NCBI GenBank assembly: GCA_015491485.1 | Contig: WFVT01000099.1 | Location: forward strand, 1,147 to 65,146 | DNA: 64,000 nt | Direction of reading: 5' to 3' | Source: Candidatus Zhuqueibacterota bacterium | Lineage (GTDB): Bacteria > Zhuqueibacterota > Zhuqueibacteria > Zhuqueibacterales > Geothermadaptataceae | Made by a program: the position numbers and the translations under genes | The notes under the pieces: model-generated | Seen by the model: only the letters and a program-made list of their open reading frames with translations | Databases searched by the model: none | Told to the model about the DNA's origin: nothing | In this document: in pieces, positions 53,726 to 64,000 of the stretch | How the letters are laid out: each line of letters starts with the position of its first letter | How positions within the stretch are numbered: the stretch's first letter is position 1

Positions 53726-55021
53726 TTAACTCATAGTAAATTGCAGCCGAATTTCGATACCGTCTTCCCCCTCTGCAGCAATGGAAAAAACGCCGTCGAG
53801 AATTTCGGTCAGCCGTTTCACAATCGCCAAGGCCAGTCCCTCTTCCTGAGCCAAAAAACTTCCGGTCATCTCTTCTTCTTTTTCCAGATTCAATTTCTGA
53901 CCGTTTGGCGTCAGTAGAAACAGGAATGAAATCGTTGCCTGGTGGTTCTCCGGGTGGCTCATCACCTTGACAGCCACTGGCGCCTGCTTTTTACCCCAGA
54001 ATCCGATGAATTCGTGCACATGACTGACAATCTCAGCAAACAGCTCGGCATCAAGCGTGATAAAAACCGGCTGCGCACATTCTTTCAGTTCATATATCTG
54101 ATTTCGTGCCGCTTGTGACGCCAAAATTCGCAGATTCTTTTGCAACAAATCGTGAATTTCATACCGCTCAAGGGTCGGCTTCATGGGGCGCGCAAACAAT
54201 AACAAGTCAGAAATGTATTTATCCAGTTTTGAAACGCCCTCGAGGATTTTTCCCACATAAACGCGCCGCGGATCATCTTCATCGAAATCCCGTTCCAGCA
54301 AAGCGGCGAACCCCATGATGCCACCCAGGGGATTGCGGATTTTATGCGCAAATTGCCGCGCCATATCCCCCAGGGCATTCAAGTTGCTGGCTTTCTGATA
54401 TTCTTTGTGTAACCGCTTAAATTCGGTGATGTCTTCCAGGATTTCCATCGCCCCGATAATGCGGCTGGCATGATCCCGAATCAGCGTCACGGACCGCCGG
54501 ACATGACGGGCTTCGTTCCGCCCCGACCCGGCTTCCGCATAAATGCGGCCTTCCAGGCCGAGGTACTCCTCCTTATGCCGCAGTGCCGTCAGCGGATTTT
54601 GCGAAAAGCCCAGGCGCTCCTGTATTTCCGCGTAATGCTTCCCCAGCGCTTCCTGCTGCGGAATGCCGGTCATGGCTTCTGCCGCACGATTGAAGACCGT
54701 GATCCGGCCTTCCTTATCGATGGCGATGACACCCGAGTTCATGCTGAGCAACACATAATCTAAATAACTGCGAATATTGCTTTTTTGATGCTTTTCCAGC
54801 CGAAGTTCGAAACTTTTCTTGCGCAATTCCAGGGTGAGGTCTTCCACTCGTCGCTGCAATCGCGAGTAGGCTTCTTCCAGATTGGCAACCGTGTCGGTGA
54901 ACTGGCGGATAATCTGGCTGTAGGTTTTTAAATCCTTTTTGAGGCTTTTCGACCGGACCGGGATGGATGTCACTTTATTGTTCAATTCGGTTCGCTTCTT
55001 CTTGATATTCAAAATAGACAT
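53726..55021 (-). CDS. Soluble PAS sensor histidine kinase (FlgS/FleS-like) with a divergent ATP-binding domain
   Basis: No TM segments. PAS (GVIAIDKEGRITVFNRAAEAMTG), H-box (FAHKIRNPLGGIMGF), G2-like EEGLALAIVKRLTEILDG. I could not find clear N-box or G1-box residues. ATG 55021 preferred. Confidence 0.8.
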   Translation of the reverse strand: MSILNIKKKRTELNNKVTSIPVRSKSLKKDLKTYSQIIRQFTDTVANLEEAYSRLQRRVEDLTLELRKKSFELRLEKHQKSNIRSYLDYVLLSMNSGVIAIDKEGRITVFNRAAEAMTGIPQQEALGKHYAEIQERLGFSQNPLTALRHKEEYLGLEGRIYAEAGSGRNEARHVRRSVTLIRDHASRIIGAMEILEDITEFKRLHKEYQKASNLNALGDMARQFAHKIRNPLGGIMGFAALLERDFDEDDPRRVYVGKILEGVSKLDKYISDLLLFARPMKPTLERYEIHDLLQKNLRILASQAARNQIYELKECAQPVFITLDAELFAEIVSHVHEFIGFWGKKQAPVAVKVMSHPENHQATISFLFLLTPNGQKLNLEKEEEMTGSFLAQEEGLALAIVKRLTEILDGVFSIAAEGEDGIEIRLQFTMS

Positions 55022-55241
55022 GAATTTTTTGTCCACAGCTACAGGTGACTTCAATTCCCTGGATTTCTTGATTCTCGTCTAAAATGGGAGTTACCGAAGG
55101 AGCCCTGTCACCGTCTTCACTAATGGTCCGTTTTCGATCGACAGGTCGGATCTCGTCTCTTTTGAGGATGTTTCCTTTTGTCCTGGCTTTCAATTGCCTG
55201 GCAGCGAGTGCTTTGGCAAAATCCACAAATTGATCGTCCAT
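54975..55241 (-). CDS. Small hypothetical protein, first ORF of the sigma-54-driven HK/NtrC operon
   Basis: 88 aa from ATG 55241 (MDDQFVDFAKALAARQ ... IEVTCSCGQKIHVYFEYQEE). Overlaps the HK start by ~47 nt. No family recognised. Confidence 0.45.
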   Translation of the reverse strand: MDDQFVDFAKALAARQLKARTKGNILKRDEIRPVDRKRTISEDGDRAPSVTPILDENQEIQGIEVTCSCGQKIHVYFEYQEEANRIEQ

Positions 55242-55294
55242 TCTCAACCCTACGTTGCATTCGACGATGACACTATTATCCCAAATCTGCTTTT

Positions 55295-55310
55295 AGCAAT
55301 TATGATGCCA
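55295..55310 (-). promoter_or_regulatory. Sigma-54-type promoter upstream of the small ORF/HK/NtrC operon
   Basis: Minus strand reads TGGCAT-CATAA-TTGCT (GG-N10-GC) about 54 nt upstream of ATG 55241. Confidence 0.65.
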
Positions 55311-55438
55311 CCCCCACCATACGCCCTTTTCATCCTGATTTTATTTGAGTTATATCAATTTCGATTTTATTGAAAATTTATTTAACGCCCTCGGGGGCAC
55401 ATTCCCGCCAAAAGCATGTCCGATTAGCAGCCATTGTG

Positions 55439-55466
55439 GTGCATTTTGAACCGCTTGAAAATGCAC
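55439..55466. promoter_or_regulatory. Perfect 9 bp inverted repeat, candidate enhancer (UAS) for an NtrC-type activator
   Basis: GTGCATTTT-N10-AAAATGCAC, located ~130-155 bp upstream of the sigma-54-type promoter at 55295..55310. Confidence 0.35.
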
Positions 55467-55625
55467 TTGCAACAACTGGTTAAACCATTGCAAAAAAGAT
55501 GTCTGATTTTTAATTAAATGTGAGGTTGCAAGAGAGCTACAACGGTTTGAATCTCCGTGCGGTTGTGTCATGTTCATGCAGCAGGTGTAACGGAAGATGT
55601 TCAGGGGCGCATCCCCCTTTCGCCC

Positions 55626-56408
55626 TCAACCCGACGATTCATCCACGTTGCGGAGATATAGATGATACAGGCCCTCCAGCGTCAGGTCTGGCTCCACTTT
55701 ATCGACGGATGGCAACTCCCTCACCAGGGTTGACGCGAGGCCGCCGGTGGCAATGACTTTGGTGTGTTCGCCAAGCTCGGCTTTCAGCCGCCGGATGAGG
55801 CCCTCTACCATTTCGGCGCCGCCGTACATCAGGCCCGATTGGATGCTGGCTTCCGTATTTTTACCGATGAGCGACGGTGGGAACTTGAGATCTACCGCCG
55901 GCAGCTTGGCCGCGGCGCGGTGCAAACTCTCTACCGCACTTTCCAGTCCGGGGGCGATAATTCCCCCCAGATACTCGGCCTTTTCGGAAACCGCGTCAAA
56001 GGTGGTGGCGGTGCCGAAATCGACGATCACCAGCGGGCCGCCATATTTCTGGAAACCGGCGACGGCATTGCAGATACGGTCCGCGCCCACGGCGGCGGGA
56101 TTTTCGTATAAAATCGTCAGTCCGGTATCGATCTTAGAAGACACCTCCACAAAGTGCACATCCCGCATGCGCCGTTCCACCATGCGGCGAATTACCGTCG
56201 AAACGGCGGGAACCACCGATCCCAAAGCCAAGCCTTTGATTTCCGAAATGCCGATCCGTTCACTGTCGCAAAGCACTTTGATCAGCAGCCAGGTTTCGTC
56301 TTCGGTGCGGGCGATTTTGCTGGTCAATCGCCAATGGCAGCACAATTCGCCGCGGTCAAAAATCCCGATGGTAATGTTCGTGTTGCCGACATCCAGTACC
56401 AAAATCAT
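55626..56408 (-). CDS. coaX: Type III pantothenate kinase CoaX
   Basis: [18 protein letters not shown] ... at ATG 56408, which overlaps the birA stop (ATGA). The 53 aa track extension is rejected. Confidence 0.9.
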   Translation of the reverse strand: MILVLDVGNTNITIGIFDRGELCCHWRLTSKIARTEDETWLLIKVLCDSERIGISEIKGLALGSVVPAVSTVIRRMVERRMRDVHFVEVSSKIDTGLTILYENPAAVGADRICNAVAGFQKYGGPLVIVDFGTATTFDAVSEKAEYLGGIIAPGLESAVESLHRAAAKLPAVDLKFPPSLIGKNTEASIQSGLMYGGAEMVEGLIRRLKAELGEHTKVIATGGLASTLVRELPSVDKVEPDLTLEGLYHLYLRNVDESSG

Positions 56409-57210
56409 GATTCCACCCTCAAGCTTGCCTGTCCGTAGGGAATGATTTGCTCTCGGCCCGACGCATCCCGAATCACGAGGTCGCCGGCGGCGGAAATCTG
56501 CTGCAGGACGCCGCGCCATTCGTGCTGCGGCGTTCGAACGCGCACGGCCCGACCGAAATCGGCGCACAAATCCCGCCAGCCGGACAGTTCCAGCGGGTGC
56601 TCGCCGTGCAGAATCGGCATCAGTCGCTGGGAAACATCATACAGCAATTGCACCAGCACCTCGGTGCGATCGATATCCTGATGCAGCACCATCCGTAGTG
56701 AGGCGGCCGTATCCCGGAACTCGGCCGGAAAATCGTCCGGAGTTTGCCGCACATTCAAACCGATCCCGGCGACCATGTATTCCATACGCCCGCCGTCGGA
56801 GCTCGATTCGCACAAAATGCCGCACAGCTTTTTGCCATCGGCGATGACGTCGTTGGGCCATTTGACGTGAAACGGCCGGTGAAATTGCCGGATCAGGCTG
56901 CGGGCAACGAGTTCACTCAGCAGCATGGGCAACAGGTGCCAGCGGTCGTCCCGGCGCTGCGGTCGCAGCACCAGGCTGAACCACAGCCCTATTCCGGCCG
57001 GTGATTCCCACCGCCGGCCGTGGCGGCCGCGCCCGGCGGTCTGCCGGTCGGCCAGCACCAGAGTGCCGGTTTCCGCTCCGCTCTCCGCCAACCGTTTGGC
57101 CACCAGATTGGTCGAAGAAATCGACTGAAACACGTGAATCCCGTGGATCAGCTCCACCTCGGCCAGCCGTGCGGCCAGCACATCGGGATCGTATGTCTGC
57201 GCCGTCTTGG

Positions 57211-57214
<4 letters not shown>
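56405..57214 (-). CDS. birA: Biotin--[acetyl-CoA-carboxylase] ligase (no N-terminal HTH evident)
   Basis: [33 protein letters not shown] is the BPL signature (GRGRxGRxW). Confidence 0.88.
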
Positions 57215-58785
<1,571 letters not shown>

Positions 58786-58800
58786 GTCGTTTTCCTCATC

Positions 58801-59712
58801 CTATGCACGTTTTCGCTGTCTTCGGGCTAACGGATGGAATTCCAACAACACCTCGCGCAGATATTGCCGGTCGAGGTGCGTGTAAATTTGCGTGGTGGAG
58901 ATGTCGGCGTGGCCGAGCAGCTCCTGCACCACGCGCAGGTCGGCCCCGCCCTCGATGAGATGCGTGGCGAACGAATGCCGCAGCGTATGCGGCGTCACAT
59001 GTTTGTCGAGATTCAACTGCTGGAAATACCGATGCAAAATCTTCCATGCCCCCATACGGCTGAGTTTTTTGCCGCGGCGGTTCAAGAATAAAACGTCTTG
59101 CGAAACAAACGGATTGGCCAGCACCGGCCGGCCAAATTTTTGATATTGCTCGATCCAGAAGGCCGCCTCTTCGCCGATGGGCACATAGCGCTGTTTTCGC
59201 CCTTTGCCGAACAACCGCACGAACCGTTCCTTCGGAAAATAATCGCTTTGTTGCACATGCAGCGCCTCCGAAATGCGGCAGCCGGTGGCGTACATGAACT
59301 CCAGCAGGGCCCGGTCGCGGAGCCCGAGCGGCTGCGACGTATCCGGTAATTCCAGCAGCGCCTCCACCTCATGCACTTCCAATACGATAGGCAGTTTCTG
59401 CACCCGTCGCGACAGGCTCACGGTCTCGGTCGGATCGGAATCAATGTAGTTTTCATTGAGGATGTAGCGGTGAAACATGCGCACGGCGGAAAACATGCGG
59501 GCAATGCTGGTATCGGCCAGTTCGAGGGATTTCAGATAATTCAAAAATCCAAGTACAGTCTCGGATTTAATGCGATGGGGAGAATCGATGGAACAGTTGC
59601 GGAGATAACGTTGATAATGTTTCAGGTCGGTTCGGTAAGCGGCAAGGGTATTGTCGGCGACGTTGCGCTCGATGGCCAGGTAATCCAGAAATTCTTCAAT
59701 CAAGGTCTCCAT
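58801..59712 (-). CDS. xerD: Tyrosine recombinase XerD/XerC family
   Basis: LIEEFLDYLAIERNVADNTLAAYRTDLKHY ... HTLRHSFATHLIEGGADLRVVQELLGHADISTTQIYTH. ATG 59712 is preferred over the GTG at 59751. Confidence 0.85.
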   Translation of the reverse strand: METLIEEFLDYLAIERNVADNTLAAYRTDLKHYQRYLRNCSIDSPHRIKSETVLGFLNYLKSLELADTSIARMFSAVRMFHRYILNENYIDSDPTETVSLSRRVQKLPIVLEVHEVEALLELPDTSQPLGLRDRALLEFMYATGCRISEALHVQQSDYFPKERFVRLFGKGRKQRYVPIGEEAAFWIEQYQKFGRPVLANPFVSQDVLFLNRRGKKLSRMGAWKILHRYFQQLNLDKHVTPHTLRHSFATHLIEGGADLRVVQELLGHADISTTQIYTHLDRQYLREVLLEFHPLARRQRKRA

Positions 59713-59747
59713 ACATTCGCAATGGGAATATGACCATTCAGAAGGCT

Positions 59748-60224
59748 TCACTCGGAAGTCTCATCATCCAGCGCATCAGCATCCACCCGGCCGTCTTCTT
59801 TCTCGAACACCTGTTCCGACAGCGAAAGCGCGATGCTGGTCATCATGACTTCCGGGCCGAGTTGGGTGAAATCACCGGACAGCAGCGATTCATCGACATT
59901 GGCGTACAGCGAGCAGCCGGCCGTGCTTTCCACGATCAATCCGCTGATGCGGCCCTGATGCCGTGCCACAAACGTGACCTCGCCCAGCATTTTGCTGATC
60001 ACATAACCGGTACAAAACTGCAATTGCAAAAACGCATTGTTGGCATATACAATGATCAAATTGCCGGTTTTATCACCGATTTGCGTATCGGGATAAATTT
60101 CGAGACTGATTTTGCGGCCGGCTTCTTCGTTGGACAGGGTCAGCCGGTAGTTATCGCCCATCTTTTTCACCCGGGCGTTCAGCACGCCGGCAATGTGATC
60201 GATATCGGTCTGTGTAAACTTCAC
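59748..60224 (-). CDS. Hypothetical protein
   Basis: 158 aa ORF in an operon-like position, with an acidic C-terminus. No family recognised. Confidence 0.5.
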   Translation of the reverse strand: MKFTQTDIDHIAGVLNARVKKMGDNYRLTLSNEEAGRKISLEIYPDTQIGDKTGNLIIVYANNAFLQLQFCTGYVISKMLGEVTFVARHQGRISGLIVESTAGCSLYANVDESLLSGDFTQLGPEVMMTSIALSLSEQVFEKEDGRVDADALDDETSE

Positions 60225-60300
60225 GTTTTGCCTCGCCTGGATAGTACCTGGCCGTTTTCAAACAAGTTCTGTCAACCGGTTTTGAGCGCGGTGACACGCT

Positions 60301-60513
60301 TCAGGCCGCCTGCCGCGGTTTCACCCGCGTGGTCAGCGGGCCCATCTCACCATCGACATATTCAAATTCCACCGGCTGGCCGTTTTCCAGCGAGCGGTAT
60401 CCCGGCATATCGATGGTGGTGAAATGCACAAAAATCTCTTTTCCGTCATCTTCCCTGATGATGTACCCGTATCCTTTGGTCTCGTTGAACCATTTGACTC
60501 TGCCACGGACCAT
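60301..60513 (-). CDS. Cold-shock protein (CspA family)
   Basis: MVRGRVKWFNETKGYGYIIREDDGKEIFVHFTTI (RNP1/RNP2-like motifs). ATG 60513 is preferred and the track N-terminal extension is rejected. Confidence 0.9.
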   Translation of the reverse strand: MVRGRVKWFNETKGYGYIIREDDGKEIFVHFTTIDMPGYRSLENGQPVEFEYVDGEMGPLTTRVKPRQAA

Positions 60514-60573
60514 GGTGCGGTTCCCCTTTGCTGCTGGGTTCATCATCATTTCAAAAGAACAAACACGCTCATC

Positions 60574-60602
60574 AATATACTGATTAAATGCTTGTTTGTC
60601 AA
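60574..60602 (-). promoter_or_regulatory. Sigma-70-type promoter for the cold-shock gene
   Basis: Minus strand reads TTGACA-N17-TATATT, about 60 nt upstream of the csp ATG. A long 5' UTR is typical of csp genes. Confidence 0.6.
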
Positions 60603-60673
60603 GCATCAAGCCCGGTAAGGATTACGCCAGATTTTTGGATTGGATGTCCAATCGGCCCGAACCCGGCACCGCA

Positions 60674-61354
60674 TTACGCCGCAACCGCGGCCGCACGTTC
60701 GGCGGCTTTACGTAGTTGCCGCACCGCCCGGGCCGGATCGGCCTGCGAAAATACCGACGATCCTGCCACCAATACGTTGGCCCCGGCTTTCACGGCATCG
60801 ACCGCCGTCGTCTCATCAATGCCGCCATCCACCTCGATGTGCGGAAAAGTCTGACGCGCTTCGCACAGCCGTTTCAACCGCCGCACCTTGTCCAGCATGT
60901 TGGCGATGAACGCCTGGCCGCCGAATCCGGGATTTACGGTCATGATGAGTACCAGATCCACATCCGGCAGGATTTCCTCGATCGCCTGCAGCGGAGTTGC
61001 CGGATTGATGGCCACTCCGGCCTGCATCCCCGCCTGCTTGATCTGATCCACCAGCCGGTGCAGATGCACCGTGGCTTCAGCATGCACAATCAGCCGGTCG
61101 GCGCCGGCATCGCGGAAAGAATTCACATATTGCTCGGGACGGCTGATCATCAAATGTGTGTCCAGCGGCAACTCCGTCACTTTGCGTACCGCCGCCACCA
61201 CCATCGGCCCGAAACTGATGTTGGGCACGAAATGGCCGTCCATGACATCGCAATGAATCCAATCAGCGCCCCCTTCCACAACCGCTTCCACCTGCTGCTG
61301 CAAACGGCGGAAATCGGCGGAAAGGATCGACGGCGCAATCCGTATGTTCGGCAT
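60674..61354 (-). CDS. rpe: Ribulose-phosphate 3-epimerase
   Basis: IAPSILSADFRRLQQQV ... WIHCDVMDGHFVPNISFGP ... MTVNPGFGGQAF. Confidence 0.93.
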   Translation of the reverse strand: MPNIRIAPSILSADFRRLQQQVEAVVEGGADWIHCDVMDGHFVPNISFGPMVVAAVRKVTELPLDTHLMISRPEQYVNSFRDAGADRLIVHAEATVHLHRLVDQIKQAGMQAGVAINPATPLQAIEEILPDVDLVLIMTVNPGFGGQAFIANMLDKVRRLKRLCEARQTFPHIEVDGGIDETTAVDAVKAGANVLVAGSSVFSQADPARAVRQLRKAAERAAAVAA

Positions 61355-62154
61355 CAGTGAACGCCCTCACTTTCCGGCAATATCGATACCACCAGATCGA
61401 TGGTCAGATTCTCCTTTTCTTCCGGCGTAAACGTGGTTCCCGCTTTGATAGACTGCTTGATCACGGTTTCCGGGAGCAGGTCTTCCACCGCTTCATACCG
61501 GATCCGCCCGACCCGGAATCCAGCCCGTTCGATGATTTCACGAGCATCATCCAGAGTCCGGCCGATGACGGAGGGCACGACAAATTGGTCGGGCACCGCG
61601 CCAAGACTGACCACGATATCGATTTTTGTGCCCATGGGCACTTCCACTTCCGGCGCAATGGACTGCCGGATCACCACCCCTTCCGGCACGGTGATGGAAT
61701 ATTCATAGCTTTTTTCACCCAGAACCATACCATACCTGGAGAGCAGCAGCTTGGCGTTGCGCTCGGAAATTCCCACCAGCTTGGGCACCGGAAACCGCCG
61801 CGGGCCTTTGCTCAAAATCACATAAATTCGCCGACCTTCTTTCACCTGCGACCCTGCACGCGGCGTTTGCTCGATCACATAACCGTGCGGATACTGCGAA
61901 TCGAACCGCTCTTCCATCTTGACGATTTTAAATCCCTGCGACTCCAGAATGTCGCGGGCATCTTCATAGCGCATGCGGGTCACATCCGGCACGGGCACGG
62001 CTTTACCGTGTTTGGTATAAGCCGGCATGATGAATTGATCCATCACCAGCGCAACAAGGATCAAACCGACAAAACCAAAAAATAATTTACGAAAAAAACC
62101 GACGTGCCAGAGTCGGCTTAAAAAGGATTTCATTTTGCTCCACAATGATTTCAT
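61354..62154 (-). CDS. Membrane-anchored PASTA-domain protein
   Basis: N-terminal TM, then three repeats of the PASTA type (VPDVTRMRYEDARDILESQGFKI; VPKLVGISERNAKLLLSRYGMVL; VPSVIGRTLDDAREIIERAGFRV). Confidence 0.8.
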   Translation of the reverse strand: MKSLWSKMKSFLSRLWHVGFFRKLFFGFVGLILVALVMDQFIMPAYTKHGKAVPVPDVTRMRYEDARDILESQGFKIVKMEERFDSQYPHGYVIEQTPRAGSQVKEGRRIYVILSKGPRRFPVPKLVGISERNAKLLLSRYGMVLGEKSYEYSITVPEGVVIRQSIAPEVEVPMGTKIDIVVSLGAVPDQFVVPSVIGRTLDDAREIIERAGFRVGRIRYEAVEDLLPETVIKQSIKAGTTFTPEEKENLTIDLVVSILPESEGVH

Positions 62155-62156
62155 CC

Positions 62157-63470
62157 CTATCCTCGTTTTCTCATCCTTGCGGCAAACGTGCCGTCCACCT
62201 GATGGCGATGGGGAAAGGTTCGCACAAATCCTTCCGGGGTAACAAACGCGGCATCCACCTTTCCGGTTGCGTCTTCCAGTTCAAACCCGGGATGCGCCTG
62301 CAAAAAGGCCTGCACGATGCGCTCATTTTCTTCAACATCGATGGTGCAGGTCGAATAGATCAGCCGGCCTCCGGGCTTCACCAGTTCACCGGCATGCGCT
62401 AAAATTTCGGATTGCAACCGCGTCAGGGCGGCGAAATCCTCCGGCTGCCGCTGCCAGCGCAGATCCGCCCGGCGCGCCAGTACACCCAATCCGCTGCAGG
62501 GTGCATCCACCAGAACCGCATCGGCCGGCTCCAGCTCCACGAACCGCGCATCGCCCTGCACGGCTTCCACGATGGCCGTTTGAGTCCTCCGGCAATTCTC
62601 ACGGATTTTTTGCAACCGCACTTCGGCGATATCCACAGCAACGACGCGTCCCTGTTGCTGCATCCGGTGCGCCAGCGCAATGGCTTTTCCACCCGGCGCG
62701 GCGCACAGGTCGATGATCGTCTCTCCGGGCCGCGCATCTACCAGATCGATGGTGAGGCCGGCGCTGGCATCCTGAGCGATGCACTTGCCCTGCCGCCAGA
62801 GCTCGAGCTCATGCAACGCCGTACCATGCGGCATGATGAAATAGGATTCAAAATTCGGTACCGGTTCGAGCGGCGGGATATCCGCCGTTGCTTCGTCATC
62901 CAGCACGCGGATCACCGTGTGCGGAACGCGGTTGTTGGCTTGCAGCCAGGCCACCAGCTCGTCACGCCCGAACTGCTCGACGAACCGCTCCACCAGCCAC
63001 AACGGATGCGAGTAATACCGCGCCAGGTCTTTGAGATTATCCTTCGGCTCGGGCGGCGTGAACGGTTTGCGCTGATAATTACGCAGCACCGCATTCACAA
63101 AGGAGGCCCGCGCCGGATCGAACAGACGGCGCGCCAGTTTCACCGATTCCGAAATCACGGCATACGGTGGGATGCGCTGCAGAAACGCCATTTGATACAC
63201 CGCCAGCCGTAGCAGATTTTTCAACAGGACCGGCTGCTTTTTGTAGTTGCGGTGTACGTATTGCTCAATGATCCAGTCCAGATACGACCGGTTCCGCAGT
63301 ACTCCGTTGATCAATTCCAGCATCAGCGCCCGGTCTTTGGCCGAAAGCAATTTCACCGCTTCCGTGGTTTCGATGAGATGATCCACATAACGGCGGCGGG
63401 TTTCGGAACGCGTGAGAATGTGCACGGCCAGCGACCGCGCCGTGGCAGCCTGTTTACTCAAAACGATCAC
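62157..63470 (-). CDS. rsmB: 16S rRNA (cytosine967-C5)-methyltransferase RsmB
   Basis: NusB-like N-terminus plus SAM MTase (IIDLCAAPGGKA ... VLVDAPCSGLGVLARRADLRW ... LIYSTCT). Follows fmt, as is typical. Confidence 0.9.
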   Translation of the reverse strand: MIVLSKQAATARSLAVHILTRSETRRRYVDHLIETTEAVKLLSAKDRALMLELINGVLRNRSYLDWIIEQYVHRNYKKQPVLLKNLLRLAVYQMAFLQRIPPYAVISESVKLARRLFDPARASFVNAVLRNYQRKPFTPPEPKDNLKDLARYYSHPLWLVERFVEQFGRDELVAWLQANNRVPHTVIRVLDDEATADIPPLEPVPNFESYFIMPHGTALHELELWRQGKCIAQDASAGLTIDLVDARPGETIIDLCAAPGGKAIALAHRMQQQGRVVAVDIAEVRLQKIRENCRRTQTAIVEAVQGDARFVELEPADAVLVDAPCSGLGVLARRADLRWQRQPEDFAALTRLQSEILAHAGELVKPGGRLIYSTCTIDVEENERIVQAFLQAHPGFELEDATGKVDAAFVTPEGFVRTFPHRHQVDGTFAARMRKRG

Positions 63471-64000
63471 CCGCCTTCACCGGATAGCCGCGCAAAAATT
63501 CGGCGGCCTGCATGCGGCGCTTGCCCTCGGGCTGCACTTCTTCGAGCAGCAACGCGCCCTCGCCGGTTTTCACCATAAAGACTCCTTTTCTGGCATCGGC
63601 CTGCAAAATCTCTCCGGGCGTTCCGGCGGAATCGTGCTCAGCCGTTCGACAACGATAAATTTTCAACCGCCGGCCGTTCCAGTGCGTATAAGCCGCCGGC
63701 ACCGGCGACAACCCGCGCACCAGATTGCGGATGCGTTCCGCCGGCTGGTGCCAGTCGATGTGCCCCATGTCGGGCTTGATTTTCGGCGCTTTGGTGGCCG
63801 CGCCGATCTGCTTGCGAGGGTGGATGCTGCCCTCGAGCCACTTTACCACCGTCTCAACCAACAGCTCCGCCCCGATGTGCTTCAGCCGTTCGTACAGCTC
63901 GCCGTAGGTCTCGTCTTCGCCGATGGGCACCGTCTTCTGCAGCAAGATATCGCCGGTATCCACATTTTCATTGATCAAAAACGTGGTGACGCCGGTTTCG
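63454..64000 (-). CDS. fmt: Methionyl-tRNA formyltransferase (5' end beyond the window)
   Basis: LINENVDTGDILLQKTVPIGEDETYGELYERL ... The reading frame stays open to base 64000 (ETGVTTFLINE...). Confidence 0.88.
   Translation of the reverse strand, partial: ETGVTTFLINENVDTGDILLQKTVPIGEDETYGELYERLKHIGAELLVETVVKWLEGSIHPRKQIGAATKAPKIKPDMGHIDWHQPAERIRNLVRGLSPVPAAYTHWNGRRLKIYRCRTAEHDSAGTPGEILQADARKGVFMVKTGEGALLLEEVQPEGKRRMQAAEFLRGYPVKAGDRFE

Noticed and set aside
58801-59712. Tyrosine recombinase considered as a marker of an integrated mobile element.
   Set aside because: The sequence is XerC/XerD-like (housekeeping chromosome dimer resolution). It is flanked by core metabolic and translation genes on the same strand, with no tRNA, direct repeats, phage or transposase genes in view.

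Overview
About 52 kb of this 64 kb window (2.7-55.2 kb) is one co-directional, minus-strand flagellar/motility supercluster. Every gene I call in the window is on the minus strand.

Gene order, read in the direction of transcription (high to low coordinates):
- small ORF, sensor histidine kinase, NtrC-type sigma-54 activator
- response regulator with coiled coil, HEAT-repeat protein, pseudo-receiver, cheY, cheZ-like
- flgB-flgC-(unknown)-fliE-F-G-H-I-J-ylxF-like-fliK-flgD-(flagellar operon protein)-flgE-flbD-motA-motB-fliL-M-N/Y-O-P-Q
- 411 bp gap
- fliR-flhB-flhA-flhF-flhG-(small membrane protein)-fliA
- small Q/E-rich ORF
- AMIN-TPR-TM-HTH protein, FliK-like protein
- FlhB-C paralogue, RsbW-like kinase, STAS protein, GAF protein, REC-PAS-DHp protein
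- flgF-G-A-H-I-J-N-K
- 547 bp gap
- flgL-fliW-csrA
- two TPR/glycosyltransferase genes

The left-most gene runs off the window. It is absent from the supplied ORF track and I found it by hand translation. The order resembles the Bacillus/spirochaete-type fla operon, but L-ring and P-ring genes (flgH, flgI, flgA) are present, which points to a diderm host.

The right flank (55.6-64 kb) is housekeeping: coaX, birA, an acyl-CoA mutase, xerD-like, csp, rpe, a PASTA protein, rsmB and a partial fmt.

Regulatory signals read directly from the sequence:
- Four sigma-54-type promoters (TGGCAT-N5-TTGC), upstream of the HK operon, flgB, fliR and flgF. Two of them are identical over 15 nt.
- Sigma-28-type promoters (TAAA-N14-16-GCCGAT..), upstream of the che-like operon, the small ORF after fliA, the FlhB-C/partner-switching operon, and (weakly) flgL.

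The most unusual content is a sigma-28-promoter-driven operon. It joins a soluble paralogue of the FlhB C-terminal fragment to an RsbW/RsbV-type partner-switching pair plus GAF and REC-PAS-DHp proteins. It sits next to a second FliK-like protein and a membrane-anchored HTH protein. I could not recognise a flgM in the window.

Limits: I saw no flagellin, fliD, fliS, cheA or cheW, and no CRISPR array, tRNA/rRNA or mobile element. All homology calls come from motif recognition by eye and no searches were run.
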